Below are positions 51,859 to 61,261 of a stretch of DNA of 64,000 nucleotides, piece by piece (the stretch's first letter is position 1; each line of letters starts with the position of its first letter). The position numbers and the translations under genes are program-made. The stretch comes from an archaeon (GTDB lineage Archaea; Nanobdellota; Nanobdellia; Woesearchaeales; UBA9642). The notes beneath the pieces were generated by a model. It was not told the origin of the DNA and searched no databases. It worked only from the letters and a program-made list of their open reading frames with translations. The stretch lies in NCBI GenBank assembly GCA_020057295.1, contig JAGVGF010000001.1, forward strand, positions 32,001-96,000, written 5' to 3'.

Positions 51859-51943
51859 TGTAAATACCTCAAAATATTAGACGATTTATATGATACTAGA
51901 AAAAACGATTTATTTATAAAGCTTGCTTTTTTTCTAACATTAT

Positions 51944-52059
51944 AGCCCCGTAGTGTAGCGGTCAATCATACAGCCCTCTGAATAGCAGAAATTTCCATTT
52001 CTGGAATTTCTTCTGCTGGAAGAAAGGCTGGGACCCCAGTTCGAATCTGGGCGGGGCTA
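51944..52059 (+). tRNA. tRNA-Gln (CTG) with 43-nt intron at 37/38 (51982-52024)
   Basis: AGCCCCG/CGGGGCT acceptor (A1-U72, typical of archaeal Gln); CAGCC-CTCTGA|intron|A-GGCTG; intron hairpin TAGCAGAA..TTCTGCTG; CCCAG-TTCGAAT-CTGGG. Confidence 0.95.
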
Positions 52060-52208
52060 CTATAATTTTAATTCAAAGATTTGGAACAACAATATTATTT
52101 CTTTTGTGCTATTATTAGGAGTGCTATTTGACTTCAATCTCAAAAACTTGGGAAAGTAGAACTGAGCTTTTGAGTAAATATATAAACACTAATATTAAGT
52201 TAGATGTT

Positions 52209-53213
52209 ATGAAAAAAAAATTCATAGTTTTAATTCTGATTCTCGTATTTGTTATTGGCATCTTTTATACCGTGAATCCGAGTAAAATTTTTGGAAAAAT
52301 ATTCAATAAAAATTCAGACACGGATTTCAACACAAGATCAAATGCAGATTCTGATATATTAGCTACTTCTCCTTTAAAACCAATTTCAGTACCAAATACA
52401 AGCGCATCCGCGATTACATCACCGCCACCAAGTATGAAAGGTATCAATACTCATACAGAAGTATACGGCACAGGTGCTGACCCTAATATAATCACGCTCG
52501 GCCCAAAACTTGGTGCTCATCCAGATTGGCCTACCTACTCGGCTAAGTGTGGGATGGAATTTGAGCTTAAGCATGGAACACCATTGCTTGCGCCCGTTGA
52601 TATGGTATTCGTGGGCTTTTCTAATCGAAACGCTAAATATCGCATACAAAACGGAAAAGAAAACACACCTGTTAATAACACGCCTTATAATGATTTGCAA
52701 TTATGGTTCGAGTCCGCCAGTCCTGATTGGCCGGGGATGATTGTAACTGTCTATCATTTATACAGCTCGCCATTGTTACTAGGACATTATCAAAATCCGG
52801 ATTGTGCTGAACGTGAAGAGTGGGGAAGTACTAAAGAAGACCAAGCCGAAGGACACCTTTTTGGTGCATTTGGAGATAATATCATTCCGAAACAGGGTAA
52901 TGCAAGTGCATGTGAGGCCCTAATTGGACGCACAGTAAAGCGTGGGGAACTATTTGGATTCGCAGGTAGTGTAGGTACTCACTCTATGGCTGCTTTTTGT
53001 GCTGAAGTGCCGAATACGTCAGAAAATCCTAATATTAAAAAAGGAAATCACTATCTTCATTTGGTGCAACCTAGCATATTTTTTTATTGGAAATGTTATA
53101 GTCCTGATGCTGATTTTCCTAGTGGTGTACTTGCTTATCCATTCGAGTGTGATGAGTATCAACTTCCTGATGAACAGCGTGATATAAATTTCAAGTACAC
53201 ATCAACGAAATAG
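52209..53213 (+). CDS. Secreted/anchored protein with degenerate M23 (LytM)-like fold
   Basis: Signal/anchor MKKKFIVLILILVFVIG; GMEFELKHGTPLLAPVD, VYHL, VKRGELFGFAGSVG; HxxxD and HxH Zn ligands not recognisable. Confidence 0.6.
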   Translation: MKKKFIVLILILVFVIGIFYTVNPSKIFGKIFNKNSDTDFNTRSNADSDILATSPLKPISVPNTSASAITSPPPSMKGINTHTEVYGTGADPNIITLGPKLGAHPDWPTYSAKCGMEFELKHGTPLLAPVDMVFVGFSNRNAKYRIQNGKENTPVNNTPYNDLQLWFESASPDWPGMIVTVYHLYSSPLLLGHYQNPDCAEREEWGSTKEDQAEGHLFGAFGDNIIPKQGNASACEALIGRTVKRGELFGFAGSVGTHSMAAFCAEVPNTSENPNIKKGNHYLHLVQPSIFFYWKCYSPDADFPSGVLAYPFECDEYQLPDEQRDINFKYTSTK

Positions 53214-53318
53214 GATCGATCATAAACTACTTGTCTTTTTCTCGTCGATAAAATATGTCTGACGGGGCTATCAATAAATTTATATATAAAATGTTCTAAT
53301 TCAATTTCAGGTGATATT

Positions 53319-53537
53319 ATGGCTAAAAAATCTAAAGAAAATATTTGTGAATGTGGAACACATTGTAATAAATTTAATGGATGCACTCAAGCAGTATATG
53401 GCTTAGGATTTATTGGAGCAGCAATATATTATATCTCTACTGCTACAGGATTTTGGATGGGTGTATTAGGTGTATTGAAAGCATTAGTCTGGCCCGTGTT
53501 TGTTGTCTTTGGCTTATTGAAATTTTTAGGGATGTAA
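53319..53537 (+). CDS. Small 2-TM membrane protein
   Basis: AVYGLGFIGAAIYYI..FWMGVLGVLKALVWP; AGGTGA SD. Confidence 0.8.
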   Translation: MAKKSKENICECGTHCNKFNGCTQAVYGLGFIGAAIYYISTATGFWMGVLGVLKALVWPVFVVFGLLKFLGM

Positions 53538-53585
53538 TGTTTTTCATTAACATACCTTTATAATGCCTTCTTAATCTCTAAATCT

Positions 53586-54125
53586 ATGGTTACATTGAAC
53601 ATTAAAGGGCATGAAGTACAAGATATACATATCAAAGACTCTTATGATAGACGTGCATTACAGTTAATGAATAATATTATTAAACTTTTAGGAACAATCG
53701 GAGTAAGTGAAGATGATATGGATATTTCTATGAAATCTGTTGCAATGAAAAAAGCTCCAGCATCTGTATCATGGTATTTTGATGACTATCATCTCCATTA
53801 TAGTTATAGTGCAGCAAATAAATTTGTTGAAAACCTTGCTATGGTATATAAAATTCTTGGGTTAGAAATTGCGGCATTACTTGAAGAAAGAAAATCTGTA
53901 GAAGCATTCGTTTTAGAATTTAGAGAAGAGCATGATGTTGCAGATCAGAGAAAACATGCAAGAACAGTATTAGGACTCGAACATGATATTATTGATATGA
54001 GTGTTATTGATAAAGCGTATAAGACACTTGCAAAAGAACATCATCCAGATAAAGAAGGCGGAGATATATCTAAATTTAAAGAAATAAATCGTGCACATAA
54101 AATATTAAAAAGAGAATTACAGTAA
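53586..54125 (+). CDS. Protein with C-terminal J domain
   Basis: ARTVLGL..IDKAYKTLAKEHHPDKEGGD..FKEINRAH. Confidence 0.9.
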   Translation: MVTLNIKGHEVQDIHIKDSYDRRALQLMNNIIKLLGTIGVSEDDMDISMKSVAMKKAPASVSWYFDDYHLHYSYSAANKFVENLAMVYKILGLEIAALLEERKSVEAFVLEFREEHDVADQRKHARTVLGLEHDIIDMSVIDKAYKTLAKEHHPDKEGGDISKFKEINRAHKILKRELQ

Positions 54126-54140
54126 ATTTGAGTTTTTTTT

Positions 54141-54578
54141 CTAGGTTTTGTAAACAATCTTATAACCCATTGCTTTAAATTCTGAAAGATACGAATATAA
54201 TTTATTTTCTTTTACGGCAGGACATTCATCAGTAACTAATACTGTTTTATTTTTCCAAATAAACAAAGGAAATTCTTTACATGCTTTTGGTCTAGAAAGA
54301 TTTGTGTGGATTGTACATTTATAATCTGTTAAATTAGGGCATCCGTTAATTCCGGATCCTAAATTAAAAATATACCTTTTTTTATCGCTTTCAGTTCTGA
54401 TAGGCATTATTTTTAAATCTTCTTTAAGCGTATCTTTCATAAGACTTACTTCTTTTGCTGATAATATAAGATATCCTCTTCTACAACAATATGCTTTACA
54501 TTCTGTATAGCAGTAACTGCTTAATGATTCTCTAGCATTTATAGCTAATGTTTCAGCGACAGTGTCTTTAATAATCAT
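54141..54578 (-). CDS. YkgJ-family cysteine-cluster protein
   Basis: CYTECKAYCC, CPNL..CTIH..RPKACKEFP. Confidence 0.88.
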   Translation of the reverse strand: MIIKDTVAETLAINARESLSSYCYTECKAYCCRRGYLILSAKEVSLMKDTLKEDLKIMPIRTESDKKRYIFNLGSGINGCPNLTDYKCTIHTNLSRPKACKEFPLFIWKNKTVLVTDECPAVKENKLYSYLSEFKAMGYKIVYKT

Positions 54579-54637
54579 AAAATAATTAACTCCATAATAA
54601 ATTATATATATTTAAATTATTTCCACAAGAACAGTTT

Positions 54638-54964
54638 TTATATCTCCTTCTTATGAGGACAATCTACAGTATTTTTGTAAGGATATTTTTCACATAATTC
54701 TGGTCTGCCTTTGTCATAAATTTCACAGTAATATCCTTTTTCATTAATTTTTAGATGTTTACAAGGAATTTTGAATTCTATCCAATATCCTGTTTTATCT
54801 TCATGAACTTGAATTAAATTTGTATCTAATAATTTGAATCTTTCAACTTCTGACAATACATCTTTATCACTTTCTTTAGAATATCCTATCTGAAAAGATT
54901 TACAACATAAACCACAACTTGCGCACTTAGTTGGATCAATATACTCGGATGTATTCACAAACAA
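54638..54964 (-). CDS. YkgJ-family cysteine-cluster protein
   Basis: CASCGLCC, CKHL..CEIY..RPELCEKYP. Confidence 0.88.
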   Translation of the reverse strand: MFVNTSEYIDPTKCASCGLCCKSFQIGYSKESDKDVLSEVERFKLLDTNLIQVHEDKTGYWIEFKIPCKHLKINEKGYYCEIYDKGRPELCEKYPYKNTVDCPHKKEI

Positions 54965-55017
54965 TGTAATATAGTCGGGCTTATAAAGATATGTTTAAAA
55001 AATATTTTGCGTCTTTA

Positions 55018-55182
55018 TTATATTTGTCCGCCCTGATCTATATATTTCTTCATTAATCTTTCTAAAACCACGGTAGGAGTAAAACCTTTTTTACTGCACA
55101 TTCTGACAAAGTCATCATATGTTGGCTTGTCAATATTATATTCTGCTCTAACTTTTTGCGGTCCCTTAGGGGTTGCTGCCAT
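55018..55182 (-). CDS. Small ribbon-helix-helix-like protein (54 aa; not in the ORF track)
   Basis: Hand translation MAATPKGPQKVRAEYNIDKPTYDDFVRMCSKKGFTPTVVLERLMKKYIDQGGQI; AGGTGA SD; strand-helix-G-helix pattern. Confidence 0.75.
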   Translation of the reverse strand: MAATPKGPQKVRAEYNIDKPTYDDFVRMCSKKGFTPTVVLERLMKKYIDQGGQI

Positions 55183-55331
55183 AATTATCACCTTTAATTA
55201 ACGTAATCACATATTATTTATAAGTTAGATTATTACATTATAAAAAATAAACTTATACATTGATTATAGAACAAACCATTTGGTAATAAACTTTTTATAC
55301 TACTTCTATATTAAGAGCCCGGGGTGTTAAT

Positions 55332-56384
55332 TTGAGAATAGAAAATGATGTTAAACTTGACTTTAAAGATGTTTTAATTAGACCAAAACGTTCAAAACTT
55401 GCTAGTAGAAGTGTTGTAGATTTACAGAGAACATTTACTTTTAAAAATACTAAACGTGAATGGACCGGTATTCCTATTATTGCGGCAAATATGGATACTA
55501 CAGGAACATTTGAGATGGCTGAAGTATTTATGAAGCATAAAATGATTGTAGCATTGCATAAACATTATCCTGCAGAGCAGCTTATTAATTTCTTTAATAA
55601 ACATACTGTGGAAGAATTATCGTATGTATTTTACAGTATTGGAATGATTGAACAAGATAAAGAAAAACTTAAAACAGTTCTAGCAAAAATTGATCATAAT
55701 AAGTTACAGCATATATGTATCGATGTTGCAAATGGTTATAGTGAAACATTTGCAGACTTTGTAAGAAGTATAAGACATGATTTTCCTGATAAAACAATTA
55801 TGGCAGGAAATGTTGTGACTGGTGAAATGGTCGAGGCACTTGTTCTTGCTGGTGCAGATATAGTAAAGGTAGGAATAGGTCCAGGTTCAGTGTGTACAAC
55901 AAGAAAAATGACTGGCGTGGGATATCCTCAATTATCTGCAATAATAGAATGTGCCGATGCAGCACATGGTATGGGAGCACAAATTTGTGGTGACAGTGGT
56001 CTAACAATGCCTGGAGATTTTGGAAAAGCATTTGGTGCAGGAGCTGATTTTGTTATGTCCGGAACAATGTTTGCAGGACATGATGAAGCATTTGGAGAAA
56101 TTATAGAACACGATAATAAGAAATTTAAGCCATATTATGGGATGAGTAGTGATACTGCGATGAATAAATATTCTGGAGGAGTTGCAGAATATCGTGCCAG
56201 CGAGGGTAAAACTGTAGAAGTTCCATACAAAGGTGCTGTAGATAAGACAATCCAACAAATTTTAGGAGGATTAAGATCTACTTGTACATATGTTGGTGCA
56301 GAAAGACTTAAAGATTTAAGTAAATGTACAACATTTATATGTGTAAATAATCATCACAACACTTTACATGGTGATGCATCTTAA
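55332..56384 (+). CDS. guaC: GMP reductase (type 1)
   Basis: [65 protein letters not shown]. Confidence 0.97.
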   Translation: MRIENDVKLDFKDVLIRPKRSKLASRSVVDLQRTFTFKNTKREWTGIPIIAANMDTTGTFEMAEVFMKHKMIVALHKHYPAEQLINFFNKHTVEELSYVFYSIGMIEQDKEKLKTVLAKIDHNKLQHICIDVANGYSETFADFVRSIRHDFPDKTIMAGNVVTGEMVEALVLAGADIVKVGIGPGSVCTTRKMTGVGYPQLSAIIECADAAHGMGAQICGDSGLTMPGDFGKAFGAGADFVMSGTMFAGHDEAFGEIIEHDNKKFKPYYGMSSDTAMNKYSGGVAEYRASEGKTVEVPYKGAVDKTIQQILGGLRSTCTYVGAERLKDLSKCTTFICVNNHHNTLHGDAS

Positions 56385-56620
56385 ATCTTGACAATATATT
56401 TTTTTTCTTCATACTCTACAACATCACTTTCTTGAAGTTTCTTCTTGTTACGAGTTTCTAAAGTTCCATTAACTTTTATTGCTCCAGATCTTATAAGAAT
56501 TTTAGCTTGTCCGCCTGTAGCCGCTAAACCTTGCAGTTTGATGAATGTATTTAACTCAATGTATTCTTCAGGAATTTTATTTTCTTCAATTTTTTTATCT
56601 AATAATTCGTTAGTTGACAT
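56381..56620 (-). CDS. S4-domain RNA-binding protein (YaaA/YbcJ-like)
   Basis: [12 protein letters not shown]...TGGQAK.LI..G.IKVNG.LETR..KKL. Confidence 0.9.
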   Translation of the reverse strand: MSTNELLDKKIEENKIPEEYIELNTFIKLQGLAATGGQAKILIRSGAIKVNGTLETRNKKKLQESDVVEYEEKKYIVKI

Positions 56621-56621
56621 T

Positions 56622-57371
56622 TTAGAATTCTCCTAATCTTTTTTGTTTTTTATCATAACGTGCTAAATATTTTGGTGGATTGACACTTACATGTTTATAT
56701 CCTAACTCTTCAAGCATTACCTTAGCATTGCTGCTAATTTTTGGTGATGCAATTATACCTCTAACATTTTCTTCTTTAATACCTTTACTCTTACAAATTT
56801 TATGAATATATCTATGTAATTGCTGTACTGCTTTAAAATCAGCATTATCTCTCTTACATTCAATCACAACTACCTTGCCCTTCTTATCTGTACCGAAGAC
56901 ATCAATAAATCCTACTTTAGTATGTTCCTCACGGCTAAATGGTTTGAAACCAGGTTCTATTAACAGAGGATTTTCATAAATCATATCACTCATATCAGCT
57001 TCACTTCCAACAACCTCGATTTTTCCGCCATCCTCTAATTTATGTGTATTAACAAAGTGTATAAGATGAATTTTCGCATCCAGAAAATCTTTCAAAAATA
57101 AATGTTTGGCTTTAAGTATTACTTGACCTTTATCAACAACAAGTTTTACTTCAGTGCCTTCTTTCATATAATTAATAGGATTTACCCCTGTTGGCTGGTG
57201 TACAAGTAAGGTTTTATCGCTTTTAATTAATATTATTCTGTCGCCAGATGGTAAAAAACTTTCAACTTTACCATAATAATTTACTTCACAATTAGCAGCA
57301 ATAATTACAGTCTCATTATTTTCTAAAGCTGTGTTAATTTTTCCGATATATTCTAAAACATCTTTGTCCAA
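56622..57371 (-). CDS. nucS: Mismatch-specific endonuclease NucS/EndoMS
   Basis: C.V.Y.G...S.L..GDRIILIK.D..LLVH..P.NY; GSEADM; GFIDVFG.D..VVIECKR..AVQQL.RY. Confidence 0.95.
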   Translation of the reverse strand: MDKDVLEYIGKINTALENNETVIIAANCEVNYYGKVESFLPSGDRIILIKSDKTLLVHQPTGVNPINYMKEGTEVKLVVDKGQVILKAKHLFLKDFLDAKIHLIHFVNTHKLEDGGKIEVVGSEADMSDMIYENPLLIEPGFKPFSREEHTKVGFIDVFGTDKKGKVVVIECKRDNADFKAVQQLHRYIHKICKSKGIKEENVRGIIASPKISSNAKVMLEELGYKHVSVNPPKYLARYDKKQKRLGEF

Positions 57372-57434
57372 TTCAAATCCCCTAAATAAAGCAGTATAAT
57401 ATCATATATAAAGTTATTTATGTTACTAATACAA

Positions 57435-57935
57435 TTAGAAATGTTTAATTAACATATAAATACTTATACCAAATAGTCCTATAGAGATAATATCAACAAT
57501 TACACAAAATAAGCAGTACGCATGTATTAAGAATGCTTGAGCATATAAAAACCATAAAGCCATTAATCCAGAAGCTATACATCCAGTAATAAGTAAATTG
57601 TGTATTATCCAATTCTTTTTCTTAAGAAGCATTGCAGAAAATATTATTAGCAATGAGAATCCTAACATCCCATAATATGTATTACTAATTCCAAAAGTTC
57701 TACTATACGTGCTTGATTGTACAGTTTCACAACCATTAGTTCCAGTTATTGCTGAACAAATATTATTATAATTTAATTTAAACTGTGTTTTCTCAACCTC
57801 AATAACTACAGCTAACAATAAACATATTATGGATAAAATCATAATAGTCTTATATAATTTTGTGTGCATAATATAAGGCCTTGATAGTTGTTTATAAAAT
57901 TTATGGATATAATTAATAATATCTTGATTGTACAT
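57435..57935 (-). CDS. Vitamin K epoxide reductase (VKOR) family disulfide-formation protein
   Basis: Loop CSAITGTNGCETVQSSTYS.TFG, four TM, YCLFC; start possibly 57869. Confidence 0.9.
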   Translation of the reverse strand: MYNQDIINYIHKFYKQLSRPYIMHTKLYKTIMILSIICLLLAVVIEVEKTQFKLNYNNICSAITGTNGCETVQSSTYSRTFGISNTYYGMLGFSLLIIFSAMLLKKKNWIIHNLLITGCIASGLMALWFLYAQAFLIHAYCLFCVIVDIISIGLFGISIYMLIKHF

Positions 57936-57995
57936 GCCATAATATAATTCATTTTAAAACATAAAGTATTTAAACAATTATATTGTTACAATATT

Positions 57996-58334
57996 ATGAA
58001 AACTATAACTAATCCAAAAGAAAGCGAATTACACGTAAAAACTACGTGCGCAATAGTTAGTAGAAAACCTGCACGCAATAATAACGAATTCAAAACAGCA
58101 GTTATAGCATTATATGATGTAAACAATCCTCATATGATAGATAAATTTCCAACAACAACATACGAGTTTACAAATATAGAAAAAGTTAGAATTAAAGGAT
58201 TAAATTTGTCATATTATCTAGAGGGTAATGATACTGTAATAAATGATTTAGAGGAATTAATGATTATCAAAGAAGAACATGTTCTAATATTAAAAGGGTA
58301 TCAATTTGAAGTTGAAAGAAGAAAGAAAAAATAA
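57996..58334 (+). CDS. Hypothetical protein
   Basis: 112-aa ORF with TATA-like site upstream and T-run downstream. Confidence 0.65.
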   Translation: MKTITNPKESELHVKTTCAIVSRKPARNNNEFKTAVIALYDVNNPHMIDKFPTTTYEFTNIEKVRIKGLNLSYYLEGNDTVINDLEELMIIKEEHVLILKGYQFEVERRKKK

Positions 58335-58386
58335 ATTTTTTTTAATTCTAATACAAATTTAAAAAATAAAATAAAAATATTGTTGT

Positions 58387-58605
58387 TTATTGTGGTAATG
58401 AATCCGATACTGGACTATCATCTAACATTCCAACATCAGGATTAGGCGTTGTAGTTTGATCAATGCCTAAATCATCAACTGTTGCATTAGCAGTATTTTG
58501 AATACCACCAGATAATGCTCCAGTGTCTGATGTAATATTTTTAGTACATCCAGTCACAACAATTCCTAATGTTAGGACTAATAAAAATATAGTTGTTGCT
58601 TTCAT
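58387..58605 (-). CDS. Small putative lipoprotein
   Basis: MKATTIFLLVLTLGIVVTGC lipobox-like; acidic tail. Confidence 0.75.
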   Translation of the reverse strand: MKATTIFLLVLTLGIVVTGCTKNITSDTGALSGGIQNTANATVDDLGIDQTTTPNPDVGMLDDSPVSDSLPQ

Positions 58606-58606
58606 T

Positions 58607-59590
58607 TTACTCTCCTTTACTACTGTTTATCTTACCAGCTTTTTTATCTTCTTTTTGCTCTTGTTTTTCTCTAGATTGTTCTTTTAGAACATCTTTAGAT
58701 ATTTCTTTCATATCCTTGCTAGCATTCTTTATATGATCCCATACATTCTGAAATTCTCCTTCTTTATACTTATAACCTTTTTGTGCATACTTGTTTGCTT
58801 CACCGATCTTTGAATTAATGTCATCGATTTTTCCTGAAAGATTATATTTTTTAGCCATAGGATTCAATTTTTCTTTGTATGTCTTTAGCTTAGCAATTTC
58901 AAATTGTGCAGCATAAAGCAACTGATCTTGTCTGTAATCGTTCATATATTTTCTTAATTCTGAAACGTTACCAGAAGCCACTATTGCTTGTAATTCTGCA
59001 TTCTTTAATGCTAATTCAGTCTTTAATGCTTCCATTTCTGTAACATTAATTCCTTTTTGTGATAATCTTTCAATAACCTTGTCCCAATTCTTATTCCAGT
59101 TATCAATATGTTTCTGCAAAACTTGACCCATCTTTAATTCCTTATCACTAATACAATCAGAATATACATCTCTTGAAGTCTTTAATTCATTAATGAATGC
59201 TGTTTTAGAATCGTTGGAAACATTGTATTTCCTAAAATTCTTCTTCACATCATTAAGTACATCTGTTGCAGCATTAAAGTCTTGCCTAAATGTCGAAGCA
59301 ACATACTCATCAAATCCTGTCTTATTATTACTATCCACAAATACCTTAAGAGTATTCATGTCATTAGATAATTTTTCCTTGTAGCTACTTACATTAGCTG
59401 TAGGAACATACTTGTTCAATGAATCAATCTGAGTAGTTGTAAAATTTACTTTACAAATCAGATGATCATATCTCACAATTAATGCTTGCTTTAGTGTTGC
59501 ACCAGTATCCGTGTCATCAGTTTCCGCGATTACCATTCCTGTTAGTGCAAGCATCACAACAAGCATTGCAAACCATTTGTTTATATTCAT
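58607..59590 (-). CDS. Secreted all-helical protein
   Basis: Signal peptide MNINKWFAMLVVMLALTGMVIA; amphipathic helices; GAGGT SD. Confidence 0.75.
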   Translation of the reverse strand: MNINKWFAMLVVMLALTGMVIAETDDTDTGATLKQALIVRYDHLICKVNFTTTQIDSLNKYVPTANVSSYKEKLSNDMNTLKVFVDSNNKTGFDEYVASTFRQDFNAATDVLNDVKKNFRKYNVSNDSKTAFINELKTSRDVYSDCISDKELKMGQVLQKHIDNWNKNWDKVIERLSQKGINVTEMEALKTELALKNAELQAIVASGNVSELRKYMNDYRQDQLLYAAQFEIAKLKTYKEKLNPMAKKYNLSGKIDDINSKIGEANKYAQKGYKYKEGEFQNVWDHIKNASKDMKEISKDVLKEQSREKQEQKEDKKAGKINSSKGE

Positions 59591-59829
59591 TTTATACCTC
59601 ACAAAATTTATTATTCAAATTTGACAAACATTTAATTTGTCATAACATAAGTATAGTTAAACATGTTTATAAACATACTTGCTAAAGCGATAATTTAAAG
59701 GTTTATAAAACCTTATTATTCTTTATAATTCCTAATAAAGACGTTTAAAACTTTATACTGGTTTTAAATGATTTTTTTTATTCACGTCTATTGGTAAACT
59801 ATTTAAACAATGCTCTTGTCCTTGATTAT

Positions 59830-60552
59830 ATGAAGAATCATGCTTACGCAGCACTATTGATTAGCATTATACTAGGCATTCTATGCGTAAACATATCTTA
59901 CGCTGCAATAATTACTGGATCAATATATGATTTGTCCTTGCAAAAAGAATCTGATGTAATAATAGAGATTAATACAATTCCTAAACAAGTATCCGTATCT
60001 AAAGATGGAGAATATACATTTAATGTTAATAATGGAAATTATACACTTCATGCATACACAGAGTTATCTGAGGCTAATGAATCAATAATTATTGATCAAG
60101 AAGGAAATTTTACTCTAGATATAATACTTGAAGACAAGATATTGTATCTGCAAAAAGATATTAAATTAACAGATTATGACTTAAATATTAGCACAAATAA
60201 CCCTTCGGATAATAATAATAATAATAATACAAAAAATAGCATGTTTACATGGGTTGGCGGTATAATACTATTAATAGCCTTACTGTTAATAATATTAATA
60301 TTATTTTTACGCAACAAAGATGCAAGAGAATCAAGTAAAAAAAATGTTGTTGAAGAACAATTAGATGAGTTTGAGCACAAACTCTTGAGTATTATCAAAA
60401 AAAATAAGCGTATAACACAGAAGGACTTACGCAGAGAGATTCCTTTAAGTGAAGCTAAGATAAGCTTAATAATTAGTGATCTTGAAAGCAAAGGTAAAAT
60501 TAGAAAAATAAAGAAAGGCAGAGGAAATATAATTATATTTATGAAAGGATAA
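59830..60552 (+). CDS. Membrane-anchored winged-helix transcription regulator (extracellular beta domain-TM-wHTH; COG2512-like)
   Basis: Signal peptide; DGEYTFNVNNGNYTL beta domain; TM; ITQKDLRREIPLSEAKISLIISDLESKGKIRKIKKGRGNII. Confidence 0.85.
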   Translation: MKNHAYAALLISIILGILCVNISYAAIITGSIYDLSLQKESDVIIEINTIPKQVSVSKDGEYTFNVNNGNYTLHAYTELSEANESIIIDQEGNFTLDIILEDKILYLQKDIKLTDYDLNISTNNPSDNNNNNNTKNSMFTWVGGIILLIALLLIILILFLRNKDARESSKKNVVEEQLDEFEHKLLSIIKKNKRITQKDLRREIPLSEAKISLIISDLESKGKIRKIKKGRGNIIIFMKG

Positions 60553-60574
60553 GTAAACAAATTCTAAGAACAAT

Positions 60575-61192
60575 ATGTTAACAAATAAAAAACTCAAGGA
60601 ACATCACAAAAAAAGACAGCATGAGATAAAGTCTAGATTAAAAGAGTTTCAAAATAACGGCACAAAATTAAATACTAAGGAATTGTTTACAGAATTATGT
60701 TTTTGTATATGCACACCACAAAGCAAAGCTGTAAAAGTTGCTCAAGTGATTAACAGTTCGAACACGAATAAGTTAATGTGCTTAGAACATGCTAAACTTG
60801 CTGAAATGTTGCGTAGCAACACAAGATTTCATAACAATAAAGCTAAACACATAATAGCTGCAAGAAAGTTTATTCCTAATCTAAAAAATCTAAGTAAAGA
60901 TAGCATACTTGCTAGAGAATTCTTGGTAAGAAATATTAAAGGACTAGGATATAAGGAAGCAAGCCATTATTTAAGAAATATTGGTTACAGAAACTTATGT
61001 ATAGTTGATAGACATGTTATTAATTTAATGCATGAACTTAAAGTGTTTAAGAACAATATTCCACCAAGTACTCCTAAAAAATATGTAGAAATGGAGCAAC
61101 AAATCAAAGATTATGCTAAACTAATAAATATTGATGTTGATGAATTAGATTTAACTTTATGGTCTATAAAAACAGGACATGTGTTCAAATAG
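60575..61192 (+). CDS. ogg: 8-oxoguanine DNA glycosylase/AP lyase (archaeal Ogg2 type)
   Basis: ELCFCICTPQS, RFHNNKA, LVRNIKGLGYKEASHYLRNIG, IVDRH, ELDL.LW..KTG.V.K. Confidence 0.93.
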   Translation: MLTNKKLKEHHKKRQHEIKSRLKEFQNNGTKLNTKELFTELCFCICTPQSKAVKVAQVINSSNTNKLMCLEHAKLAEMLRSNTRFHNNKAKHIIAARKFIPNLKNLSKDSILAREFLVRNIKGLGYKEASHYLRNIGYRNLCIVDRHVINLMHELKVFKNNIPPSTPKKYVEMEQQIKDYAKLINIDVDELDLTLWSIKTGHVFK

Positions 61193-61261
61193 TACAAATT
61201 TTGCATAAATATTTTAAAGACAAGCACAAAACATGAAAATAGTAAATTTTGGGGTGAATGA

